Shown here in pieces: positions 1 to 8,195 of a stretch of DNA of 64,000 nt. This DNA is from Candidatus Coprovivens sp. Its GTDB lineage: Bacteria > Bacillota_I > Bacilli_A > RF39 > UBA660. The stretch is taken from positions 1-64,000 of the forward strand of contig JBJFGS010000025.1 of assembly GCA_051892935.1 (NCBI GenBank). The letters run 5' to 3'. The notes beneath the pieces are model-generated. The model saw only the letters and a program-made list of their open reading frames with translations, made no database searches and had not been told where the DNA came from. The position numbers and the translations under genes were made by a program. The number at the start of each line of letters is the position of its first letter. Within the stretch, counting starts at the first letter, position 1.

Positions 1-947
1 CCGTAGTTTCTTTAAGTTATTTATTAGAAGCTGGAGTTCATTTTGGACATCAAACAAAAAGATGGAATCCAAAAATGAAAGAATACATCTTTACAACAAG
101 AGATGATATTTATATTATCGATTTACAAAAAACAGTTAGTAAAATCGAAGAAGCATATGCAGAAATTAATAAAATTGCTGCAAATGGAGGTACTTTCTTA
201 TTTGTAGGTACTAAAAAGCAAGCTCAAGAAGCTGCAAAAGAAAACGCAGAAAGAACAAATTCTTACTACGTAACTGAAAGATGGTTGGGTGGAACATTAA
301 CAAACTTCCGTACAATCAGAAGTAGAGTTAAACGTCTTGAACAAATCGAAAAAATGGAGAGCGATGGAACATTTGACGTACTACCTAAAAAAGAAGTTAT
401 TGAACTTAAAAAAGAATATGAAAAATTAAACAAATTATTATGTGGTATCCGTTCTATGGATAAATTACCACAAGCTATGATTATTGTTGATCCTAAAAAA
501 GAAATCAATGCAATAAGAGAAGCTAGAAAATTAAATATACCTATATTTGGTATCGTAGACACTAATTGCGACCCAGATGATGTTGATTATGTAATACCTG
601 GTAATGATGATGCAGTAAGAGCAGTTAAAGTTGTTCTAGGAGTATTAGGAAATGCTATTGCAGAAGCTAATGGTGGCGAAATAATTGACTACGTTACTGA
701 AGAAGACAGAAAAGCTAAAAAAGAAGTTAAAAAAGAAGAAACAACTGAAGTTGTAGAAACTAAAGAAGAAGTTACTACTGAAGTAGAAGAAGTTAAAGAA
801 GAAGTAGTCGAAGAAGTTGTTGAAGAAGCAACAGAAGACTTAAGCTCTAAAACTTTAACTGAATTAAAAAGTTTAGCAAAAGAAGCTGGTATCAAAGGAT
901 ACTCAACTATGAAAAAAGATGAACTAATTGCATCTTTAAGCGAATAA
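1..947 (+). CDS. rpsB: 30S ribosomal protein S2 (5'-truncated by the window edge), with an acidic linker and a C-terminal Rho_N-like helical domain
   Basis: The frame is open from position 3 ([25 protein letters not shown]), so the true start is just upstream of the window. Motifs RWLGGTLTN and DTNCDPD..IPGNDD; precedes tsf. Confidence 0.98.
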   Translation, partial: VVSLSYLLEAGVHFGHQTKRWNPKMKEYIFTTRDDIYIIDLQKTVSKIEEAYAEINKIAANGGTFLFVGTKKQAQEAAKENAERTNSYYVTERWLGGTLTNFRTIRSRVKRLEQIEKMESDGTFDVLPKKEVIELKKEYEKLNKLLCGIRSMDKLPQAMIIVDPKKEINAIREARKLNIPIFGIVDTNCDPDDVDYVIPGNDDAVRAVKVVLGVLGNAIAEANGGEIIDYVTEEDRKAKKEVKKEETTEVVETKEEVTTEVEEVKEEVVEEVVEEATEDLSSKTLTELKSLAKEAGIKGYSTMKKDELIASLSE

Positions 948-979
948 TATATATTTAATTTAAGAAAGAAGGTTACACT

Positions 980-1852
980 ATGATAAGCGCAAGCTTAGTA
1001 AAAGAACTACGTGAACAAACTGGTGCTGGTATGATGGATTGCAAAAAAGCGCTAGCTGAATGTGATGGAAATCTAGAAGCAGCAGTTGATTGGTTACGTG
1101 AAAAAGGTATAGCTAAAGCTGGAAAAAAAGAATCAAGAATTGCTGCTGAAGGTTTAGCTGATATCTTTATTAAAGATAACAAAGCTGTTATGATTGAAGT
1201 TAATGCTGAAACAGACTTTGTAAGTAAAAATGATGAATTCAAAGAAATGATTAAAACCATCGGAGAAACTATTTTAAATAGTGATGCTAAAACATTAGAA
1301 GAAGCAAATGAACTAGCATGTGGCGAAGGAACAATCAAAGACTATGTAATAGCAAAAACATCAAAAATCGGTGAAAAACTTGATTTTAGACGTCTAGTTG
1401 TAGTTGAAAAAAATGATGATGAAAACTTTGGGAAATATTTACACATGGGTGGAAAAATAGCTGTTTTATCAGTAGTAAAAGGTGCTTCAGAAGAAGTAGC
1501 AAAAGATGTTGCAATGCAACATGCAGCTATGAAACCTAAATATGTATTTAAAGAAGATGTTCCTGCTGATGAAGTAGCTCGTGAAAGAGAAGTCCTAAAA
1601 GAACAAGCTATGAATGAAGGAAAGCCTGCTGAAATAGCTGAAAAAATGGTAGAAGGAAGATTAAATAAATTCTTCAAAGAAATTTGTCTTTCACTTCAAG
1701 CATTCATCAAAGATGGCGATATAGATGTAACTAAATACGTAACTAACAATGGAGGAGAATTAGTTAGTAGCATTAGCTTTGTCGTAGGTGAAGGAATCGA
1801 AAAACGTCAAGATAACTTTGCTGAAGAAGTAATGGCTCAAATCAATAACTAA
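980..1852 (+). CDS. tsf: Translation elongation factor Ts
   Basis: VKELREQTGAGMMDCKKAL, ETDFV and EKMVEGRL motifs; follows rpsB. Confidence 0.99.
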   Translation: MISASLVKELREQTGAGMMDCKKALAECDGNLEAAVDWLREKGIAKAGKKESRIAAEGLADIFIKDNKAVMIEVNAETDFVSKNDEFKEMIKTIGETILNSDAKTLEEANELACGEGTIKDYVIAKTSKIGEKLDFRRLVVVEKNDDENFGKYLHMGGKIAVLSVVKGASEEVAKDVAMQHAAMKPKYVFKEDVPADEVAREREVLKEQAMNEGKPAEIAEKMVEGRLNKFFKEICLSLQAFIKDGDIDVTKYVTNNGGELVSSISFVVGEGIEKRQDNFAEEVMAQINN

Positions 1853-1857
1853 TAATT

Positions 1858-1886
1858 AGACACTTTTTTACAAGTGTCTTTTTTAT
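1858..1886 (+). terminator. Intrinsic terminator after tsf
   Basis: AGACACTT-ttta-cAAGTGTCT followed by a T-run. Confidence 0.85.
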
Positions 1887-1937
1887 TGCTGAAGAAATAA
1901 CTTCATTCATGTTATAATAAATACAGGGAGTGAACTT

Positions 1938-2528
1938 ATGAATACAAAAAGAAAATCACTAATAAGAAAAATAATTTATGCCATACTATTCACTATAATG
2001 ATAGTTTGTTTCATATATATAGGAAATAAATATACTGATGAAGACAAAGATAAAGTAGTAAGTATAAACGATTATTATAAAAACATCTCATATGATAAAT
2101 ACGAAGTTGTAAGAGGTAAAAAATTAATATCACTTTTAGAAGAAGGAAAACATCTAATATTAATAGGTAATAAAAATTCTGAATATTCAAAAAAATATAT
2201 TGAAGAACTAACACCTATACTAGAAGAACTAAAAATAGATAAAATATACTACTACGATTTAATAAATGACAAAGCCCAAGCCAATTCTAATTATTACAAA
2301 ATAATTGAACTACTTGAAGGATATTTAACTACAACAGATACTAGTGAAAAAAATCTTTTATCTCCATCATTCTATATAGTAGATAATGGAAAAGTAAAAT
2401 ATTATAACATTGAAACAGTAGCAATGAAAAATACTGATACAGTAGAATCATATTGGAATGTTCAAACAGAGTTTAACTTTAGATTAGAAATAACAACAGC
2501 AATAAACAAATTCTATTTGAATAAATAG
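1938..2528 (+). CDS. Membrane-anchored thioredoxin-fold-like protein lacking CxxC
   Basis: N-terminal TM; LILIGNKNSEYSKKY..L..I..IYYYD..SPSFYIVDNGKV pattern typical of the thioredoxin fold, with Ser at the Cys positions. Confidence 0.55.
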   Translation: MNTKRKSLIRKIIYAILFTIMIVCFIYIGNKYTDEDKDKVVSINDYYKNISYDKYEVVRGKKLISLLEEGKHLILIGNKNSEYSKKYIEELTPILEELKIDKIYYYDLINDKAQANSNYYKIIELLEGYLTTTDTSEKNLLSPSFYIVDNGKVKYYNIETVAMKNTDTVESYWNVQTEFNFRLEITTAINKFYLNK

Positions 2529-2570
2529 GCAATATGCTTTATAATAAAAACAACAAAAGGAGAGAATAAA

Positions 2571-3110
2571 ATGATAGACGAAGAAGTCGAATTAAATATG
2601 ATGGCCGCTCTTGAAACAATGGATACAAGATTATCATCAATAAGAGCAGGAAGAGCAAACCCTGTGATGGTAAATGGCATAATGGTTGATTACTACGGAA
2701 CTCCAACACCTATTCAAAGTTTAGCAAATATGACAGTTCCAGAAGCGCGAACTCTAATGATAAAACCATTTGATAGAGGATGCTTAAAAGACATTGTAAA
2801 AGCCATTCAAGAAGCTAATTTAGGGATAAATCCAACAGATAACGGAGAATGCGTAATCTTAACAGTCCCTCAATTAACAGAAGAAAGAAGAAGAGAATAC
2901 GTTAAGCAAGCTAAACAAATCTCAGAAGATGCTAAAGTTGCTTTAAGAAAAGTTCGCCAAGAAGCAAATGAAAACATCAAAAAAGATGAAACAATAACTG
3001 AAGATGATGAAAAGAAAATGTTAGAAGAAGTTCAACAACTAATTAATGAATATAATAAAAAAGTTGATGAAAAGCTTAAAGAAAAAGAAGAAGAACTTAT
3101 GAAAGTGTAG
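2571..3110 (+). CDS. frr: Ribosome recycling factor
   Basis: IRAGRANP, DYYGTPTP and PQLTEERRRE motifs. Confidence 0.98.
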   Translation: MIDEEVELNMMAALETMDTRLSSIRAGRANPVMVNGIMVDYYGTPTPIQSLANMTVPEARTLMIKPFDRGCLKDIVKAIQEANLGINPTDNGECVILTVPQLTEERRREYVKQAKQISEDAKVALRKVRQEANENIKKDETITEDDEKKMLEEVQQLINEYNKKVDEKLKEKEEELMKV

Positions 3111-3182
3111 CAAACAATATTGTTTGCTTTTTTTAATTCTCTAATATATAATATTTATCACGACAACAAAGAGGTGTTTTGT

Positions 3183-4769
3183 ATGGAAAAAGCTTTAACA
3201 GAAATAGGAATTAAATACAAAGTAATAAAAATATCAGATACAATGTATATTCTTACACCAATTGGAGTAGTAGAAGGATATAGCGTAGGAGAAAACTTTT
3301 TTAATGAAATAGTTCATAAAACAGTTTTTAATGTGGAATCCCTACAAAACCCAGAATTAGTAGATAGTATGATGTCAATTGACAGTCTAAAAGAACTATA
3401 TGAATACGATGATATAGAATTCATAAAAGAATTCTATTTAGAAGAAGAAAAAGATTACTTACTAACAATCGAAATAAAAGATGGAAAAATAATTAAAAGA
3501 AAAGTTAATTATAAAGAATTTATTAGAGTAGACGAAAGAGAAACATATGAAAGACAAAAAGATATACCAGCAGTAACATTAAATTGTGATGCATTAGATT
3601 CGTTAATGAACTCTTCAAGTATTCAAGAAATAAGAGAAAAATTAATAAGATATCGTAAACTAATAAAACAATACCGCGATAAAGAAAAAAAGGAAAGTAT
3701 AACTAATGTAACAGTTGCCAATGGTCATATTACAGAAGTAGGTATAAATAAAAAAGTAGGATCTCCAGAAATAATGAAAAAAGCTGAACAACCAGCCGGA
3801 GAAGCTCCAATTGATAAAAACTCATTCTCAGTTAGAGGGTTATACGAGTATTTAAAAGAAAGAGTAATTGGTCACGATGAAGAATTAAAAAGTATTGCTA
3901 CTACTATGATAATGAATTATCGCGCTAAACCAGAATATGGTACCGAATCAATTCTTATAGTAGGTCCAACTGGAACAGGTAAAACAGAAACCATCCAAAA
4001 TGCTGCTAACTACTTAAATATACCATATACTAGCTTTAATACAGCTAATATAGTACCTCAAGGTATTAAAGGAACATCACTAGAAGACTTACTTTATATT
4101 CTTCTTATAAAAAGTGGATATGATATGGAAAAAGCTCAAAGAGGTATTATATTCTTAGATGAATTTGATAAACTAGGTAAATCATCATTAGATATAAAAG
4201 AATCAGTAAAAGATATATTACTGACATATATAGCAGGTGGAACATTCAATATCGATAAACCATCCGGTGATTATGAATTTGATACTAGAATGTTAAACAA
4301 AGTATTTGCTGGGGCATTTGGAGAATTATTTGAAGAAAAAAAATCTCCAATGGGATTTGGTACAACTAAAGATGAACGGAACCAAATATTTAAACCAGAA
4401 CTAATAACAAAAGCTGATTATTATGGAAAAGAACTTGTAACAAGAATTCCCCATATTTATTCGTATAAAACACTTACTAGAGAACAACAAAGAAGAGTAC
4501 TACTAGAATCAAAATTAAGTCAACTATTACTAAAAAAACATAGATATGAAGATGAATTTGGAATAACTACAATAATAGATGATAGTTATATCGAAGCCAT
4601 ATTAGATCAATTATCACAAAAAGACAAGAGTATGAGAGATTTAAATAACTTAATACTATCAACATTAGGAATTGTAGAATATGAACTAATGGAAAATGAA
4701 GGAAAAGTAAAACAACTTATATTAACTAGTGAAACAGTAACAGATCCAACTAAGTTTAGTTTACACTAA
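3183..4769 (+). CDS. ClpX-like AAA+ ATPase with an atypical N-terminal domain
   Basis: Start after GAGGTG SD. VIGHDE, Walker A GPTGTGKT, AQRGIIFLDEFDK Walker B, MGF (IGF-loop-like). No N-terminal C4 zinc finger. Confidence 0.8.
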   Translation: MEKALTEIGIKYKVIKISDTMYILTPIGVVEGYSVGENFFNEIVHKTVFNVESLQNPELVDSMMSIDSLKELYEYDDIEFIKEFYLEEEKDYLLTIEIKDGKIIKRKVNYKEFIRVDERETYERQKDIPAVTLNCDALDSLMNSSSIQEIREKLIRYRKLIKQYRDKEKKESITNVTVANGHITEVGINKKVGSPEIMKKAEQPAGEAPIDKNSFSVRGLYEYLKERVIGHDEELKSIATTMIMNYRAKPEYGTESILIVGPTGTGKTETIQNAANYLNIPYTSFNTANIVPQGIKGTSLEDLLYILLIKSGYDMEKAQRGIIFLDEFDKLGKSSLDIKESVKDILLTYIAGGTFNIDKPSGDYEFDTRMLNKVFAGAFGELFEEKKSPMGFGTTKDERNQIFKPELITKADYYGKELVTRIPHIYSYKTLTREQQRRVLLESKLSQLLLKKHRYEDEFGITTIIDDSYIEAILDQLSQKDKSMRDLNNLILSTLGIVEYELMENEGKVKQLILTSETVTDPTKFSLH

Positions 4770-4798
4770 AAAGAGAGAATAATTAATCTCTCTTTTTT
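4770..4798 (+). terminator. Intrinsic terminator
   Basis: AAGAGAGA..TCTCTCTT followed by a T-run. Confidence 0.75.
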
Positions 4799-4834
4799 AT
4801 TATGTTATAATAAAAATGTAGAATAGGTGACAAA

Positions 4835-5671
4835 ATGAAGAAAATAAATATAATTATAAAAATAGGAATATCAACATTGGTTATAATAGCATCATTTGCC
4901 CTAGGTTTTTTAACTGCTAAAAACACACAAGAAATAGCACAATCGAAAGACAAAAATATTGAAGAACAAGAACCAGCAATAGAAAAAAGTATAATACCAG
5001 AAATTATTACAATTACATATACTGAAGAAAACTATGAAACAGAAAATAAAAACAATGTAGTAATAACAAAAAATACTAGAAATATACCTGATATTAAATT
5101 TTCATCAAATCAACCAAGTGCAGACAAGATAAAAAAATCTTTAATAGCTTTTTCAGATTCAGAATGGAACAACAATATAAAATTAGCAGCAGCTGGAGTA
5201 GCTGAAGAAGGAATCTATGATGATTTAACAGAATACGACGGACTAGGAGCATCTCTAATCTTTGAAAACTCAAAAGTAACAAACCACAGAATAACTTTCT
5301 ACTTAAGCTTAGAAGGATGCTTCGGAGGAGTTGGATGGAACGGATACAACGGATATAATTATGATATCACTACTGGAGAACTATTGACTTTAGAAACAAT
5401 ATCAAATAATCATTCTAAGTTAATGGCCACAATAAAAACAGAAATTAACAAAAAATTAAATGAATTAAAAGAAGAAATTGAAATATATGATAAATCAGAA
5501 GAAGAAATTAATAATTTAATAAATAAAGAAGGTAACTGGTATTTTACAGATTCTGGAATAGAAATAATATTTCAAGAATATGAAATAAGCAATGGTGCAT
5601 CTGGGATAATAACAGTAACAATCGATAAAAATCTTATTAATGATTATTTAAAAGACGAATATAAATTTTAA
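4835..5671 (+). CDS. Membrane-anchored DUF4163/DUF3298 (RsiV/PdaC-like) domain protein
   Basis: N-terminal TM; GYNYDITTGELLTL and WYFTDSGIEIIFQEYEI..GASGII motifs. Confidence 0.75.
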   Translation: MKKINIIIKIGISTLVIIASFALGFLTAKNTQEIAQSKDKNIEEQEPAIEKSIIPEIITITYTEENYETENKNNVVITKNTRNIPDIKFSSNQPSADKIKKSLIAFSDSEWNNNIKLAAAGVAEEGIYDDLTEYDGLGASLIFENSKVTNHRITFYLSLEGCFGGVGWNGYNGYNYDITTGELLTLETISNNHSKLMATIKTEINKKLNELKEEIEIYDKSEEEINNLINKEGNWYFTDSGIEIIFQEYEISNGASGIITVTIDKNLINDYLKDEYKF

Positions 5672-5733
5672 AACACTCTTATTGAGTGTTTTTTTCAAGA
5701 AAAAAACTACTCAAAAGAGTAGTTATATTCAAG

Positions 5734-5810
5734 TGGTGTCCCCGAAGTGATTCGAACACTTGACCGTACGCTTAGAAGGCGTATGCTCTATCCAGCTGAG
5801 CTACGAGGAC
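5734..5810 (-). tRNA. tRNA-Arg (anticodon UCU)
   Basis: Reverse complement GTCCTCGTAGCTCAGCTGGATAGAGCATACGCCTTCTAAGCGTACGGTCAAGTGTTCGAATCACTTCGGGGACACCA folds as a cloverleaf with anticodon TCT and encoded CCA. Confidence 0.97.
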
Positions 5811-5849
5811 ATTAACTCACGGAACATACTAATTATATAACACACTTCC

Positions 5850-6749
5850 TTAATTTGCAAGTCTAAATTCATCAATTTGTACTGAATTTATAGAAAAAAT
5901 AACCTTATCTACTCCTAAAGTATCAAAAACTGAATAAGATATTGCATACTTTACTTCTTCTTTTAATTTGCCATCATATACACTAACAAGCAAAACTTCA
6001 TTAAAATTAAGAAATACTTCATTTTCAGTAGCTTCATAGTTCATTAATTCCACTTGATAATCAAGATGACTAGATAAATTACTATTATTAAATCTATTAG
6101 TTTTAGCATATTTAACAATTATATTAACTTTATCATCGCTATCATTAACTATATAAGAAATAGGAATATAATAATCAGAATTATTAGGATAATAAATAGT
6201 AACCATCTTAGTATCAACAATAGAAGTAATATCTACAATTCTATTAATACCATAACTTCTATCTAAATATAAGTCTAATTTTCGATGAGATTTTGGTAAT
6301 TCACTTAATCTTTCTCCTTCAACAAAAATCATAACTTTATTTATGTTATTTAAAGAAGTAAAAGAATAGATAATACTTTCTATCATATTTTCTTCATCAT
6401 CAATACTTACATCAAGAAAACTCTTATTAAAATTTAATTTAAGTAAATCCCCATCAACTGAATAACTAAGTAATTTAACATCTTTATTTAAAACTCCCTT
6501 TAATTTTCCATCACCATAAACTAAAGCATTTACTATGGAATTAATTTTCTTATCAAAATCCTTATCAGTATTCATAGTTGTCATAGCAACATAATCATTC
6601 TCATCAATTAAGAATATATTAATACTATCACAAGTCTTATTATCAACTACATTTTCATTTATTTCCTCAGGATAACTATATAAAATAATTGCTAAAAGTA
6701 ATAAAAGAGTAACAATACAAATTCTTCTAAAAGTAAATACTTTTATCAT
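5850..6749 (-). CDS. gerM: Spore germination/sporulation protein GerM (tandem GerMN domains)
   Basis: Two LxLNFN...AIxYS....V.KVxIxV repeats and the LDRSYGIN motif; next to gerE. Confidence 0.85.
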   Translation of the reverse strand: MIKVFTFRRICIVTLLLLLAIILYSYPEEINENVVDNKTCDSINIFLIDENDYVAMTTMNTDKDFDKKINSIVNALVYGDGKLKGVLNKDVKLLSYSVDGDLLKLNFNKSFLDVSIDDEENMIESIIYSFTSLNNINKVMIFVEGERLSELPKSHRKLDLYLDRSYGINRIVDITSIVDTKMVTIYYPNNSDYYIPISYIVNDSDDKVNIIVKYAKTNRFNNSNLSSHLDYQVELMNYEATENEVFLNFNEVLLVSVYDGKLKEEVKYAISYSVFDTLGVDKVIFSINSVQIDEFRLAN

Positions 6750-6813
6750 CAAACCACCTATATAATTATATTAATATAATATAAAAATAAGAATAAAAAC
6801 CCTTTAAAAGGGT

Positions 6814-7017
6814 TTATAAATTAATTTCATCAAGCCTAAGTAATTCTAATATTGCTTGAGTGCGATCACTAACACCTAATTTTAATATAACATTAGAAAT
6901 ATGATTTCTAACAGTTTTCACACTGATATTTAACTTTTCAGCAATTAGCTCAGTAGAATTATTGTAAATAAGCAGTTGAAAAATCTCTTTTTCTCTTTTA
7001 GTAAGTATTTTTCTCAT
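6814..7017 (-). CDS. gerE: GerE-like stand-alone LuxR HTH regulator
   Basis: LTKREKEIFQLL..ISVKTVRNHISN..KLGV..R.QAILELLR closely resembles B. subtilis GerE; sigma-K-type promoter upstream. Confidence 0.85.
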   Translation of the reverse strand: MRKILTKREKEIFQLLIYNNSTELIAEKLNISVKTVRNHISNVILKLGVSDRTQAILELLRLDEINL

Positions 7018-7038
7018 AATTGTTACATCCTAACAATA

Positions 7039-7066
7039 TATTTTATGAAAAAAATAAAGATAGTGT
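7039..7066 (-). promoter_or_regulatory. Sigma-K-type promoter of gerE
   Basis: The minus strand reads ACA-N16-CATA-aaa-TA, the B. subtilis sigma-K consensus. Confidence 0.65.
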
Positions 7067-7554
7067 TAATTAAACTTAACAGTTATATACTTATCTGTAG
7101 TAAACTCCTCTGCAACACGCCTAATAATTTTATTAGCTAAAGCATAATCATGCTTTGAAGAATCAATTACAACAGTAATATTAGCTCCATTTATCTTAAC
7201 AAAGGATTCAAATTTAAATTCATCTAATATAATTTTTTCTATTTTTTCTTCATTACTTTTATTATTTGAAATATTCATTAAATCATTATAAGCATCATTC
7301 TTAGCTTGAACATCAGCTGTTTCACTTAAAATAATATTTTGTAATTCATTAATCGTTTCCATCATTTCTTCATCACTCTGCACTCTAAGTGCAACTAATT
7401 CTGTGCTTTCATTAACAACTAAAGTAGTATCAGTTGTATCAACACTATTAATAAATTCACTTAAATCACTATCATTCATACTAATATAGAAAATACTTAA
7501 TACTAAAATAACACTAAATAAAAAGGTAAACCAAATACTTTGTTTATTAATCAT
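7066..7554 (-). CDS. spoIIIAH: SpoIIIAH-like sporulation protein
   Basis: MINKQSIWFTFLFSVILVLSIFYI N-terminus, ALR....E, A..K.DAY..L and FVKI....ITVVI pattern. Confidence 0.8.
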   Translation of the reverse strand: MINKQSIWFTFLFSVILVLSIFYISMNDSDLSEFINSVDTTDTTLVVNESTELVALRVQSDEEMMETINELQNIILSETADVQAKNDAYNDLMNISNNKSNEEKIEKIILDEFKFESFVKINGANITVVIDSSKHDYALANKIIRRVAEEFTTDKYITVKFN

Positions 7555-7658
7555 TATATTCCTCCAATACTATTAAATATTATTAATTGACACTAAATTT
7601 TATACATTTTATTTTACTAATTTATTATTTTGTATTATCATATAAATAGGTGAAAGAT

Positions 7659-8108
7659 ATGAAAAAACTTAATTCAAAAAAAATAATTATATATTCAATA
7701 GTAGCAATAAGTATAATGGCACTAAGTGTTAATATAGTATATGCTGGTACTTCAGCCAAACTAGCAATTTGTGATTATGCTGGTGTCAGAAGAGCGTTCA
7801 AAATAGCTGGAATAATTATCAATTTAGCTAAAATAATAGTTCCTCTAATTATAATAATAACTGGAATGATAGGTTTTGCTAAACCTATCATGTCAGGTAA
7901 AACAGAAGATATTACAGCTAATGCAATGATTTTAGTAAAAAAAGTAATAGCTGGTATAGTAATATTCTTTATACCAACGATTTGTAATTATGCATTCAGC
8001 TTAATTCCTAACTATAACTCCTCAACAATGTCTTCTTGTACTACCTGTCTATTTGATGTTAATGGTTGTACAATACCTACAAGTGATCCTGTAACTTATA
8101 CAGAGTAG
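7659..8108 (+). CDS. Pilin-like (VirB2/TrbC-type) two-helix membrane protein with Cys-rich tail
   Basis: Signal peptide ending VYA; two hydrophobic helices IVPLIIIITGMI / IAGIVIFFIP joined by a short charged loop; C-x2-C-x6-C tail. Confidence 0.5.
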   Translation: MKKLNSKKIIIYSIVAISIMALSVNIVYAGTSAKLAICDYAGVRRAFKIAGIIINLAKIIVPLIIIITGMIGFAKPIMSGKTEDITANAMILVKKVIAGIVIFFIPTICNYAFSLIPNYNSSTMSSCTTCLFDVNGCTIPTSDPVTYTE

Positions 8109-8195
8109 AAATATTCTACTCTTTTTTATTTTTTTAAAAAAAGCAAAAGGATATTTCTCCATATACCTAGTAAATATAGGGTGAAGGGAGTAAAT

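Noticed and set aside
690-840. GAAGAAGTT-type short repeats
   Set aside because: They encode the low-complexity Glu/Val linker of S2 and are not an independent DNA repeat.
266-1677. Minus-strand ORFs over rpsB/tsf, and similar antisense ORFs over era, ppdK, yqeY and others
   Set aside because: Shadow ORFs of codon-biased genes with no SD or recognisable motifs.
5734-5810. tRNA-Arg as an integration site
   Set aside because: No duplicated tRNA 3' end or adjacent integrase in the window.
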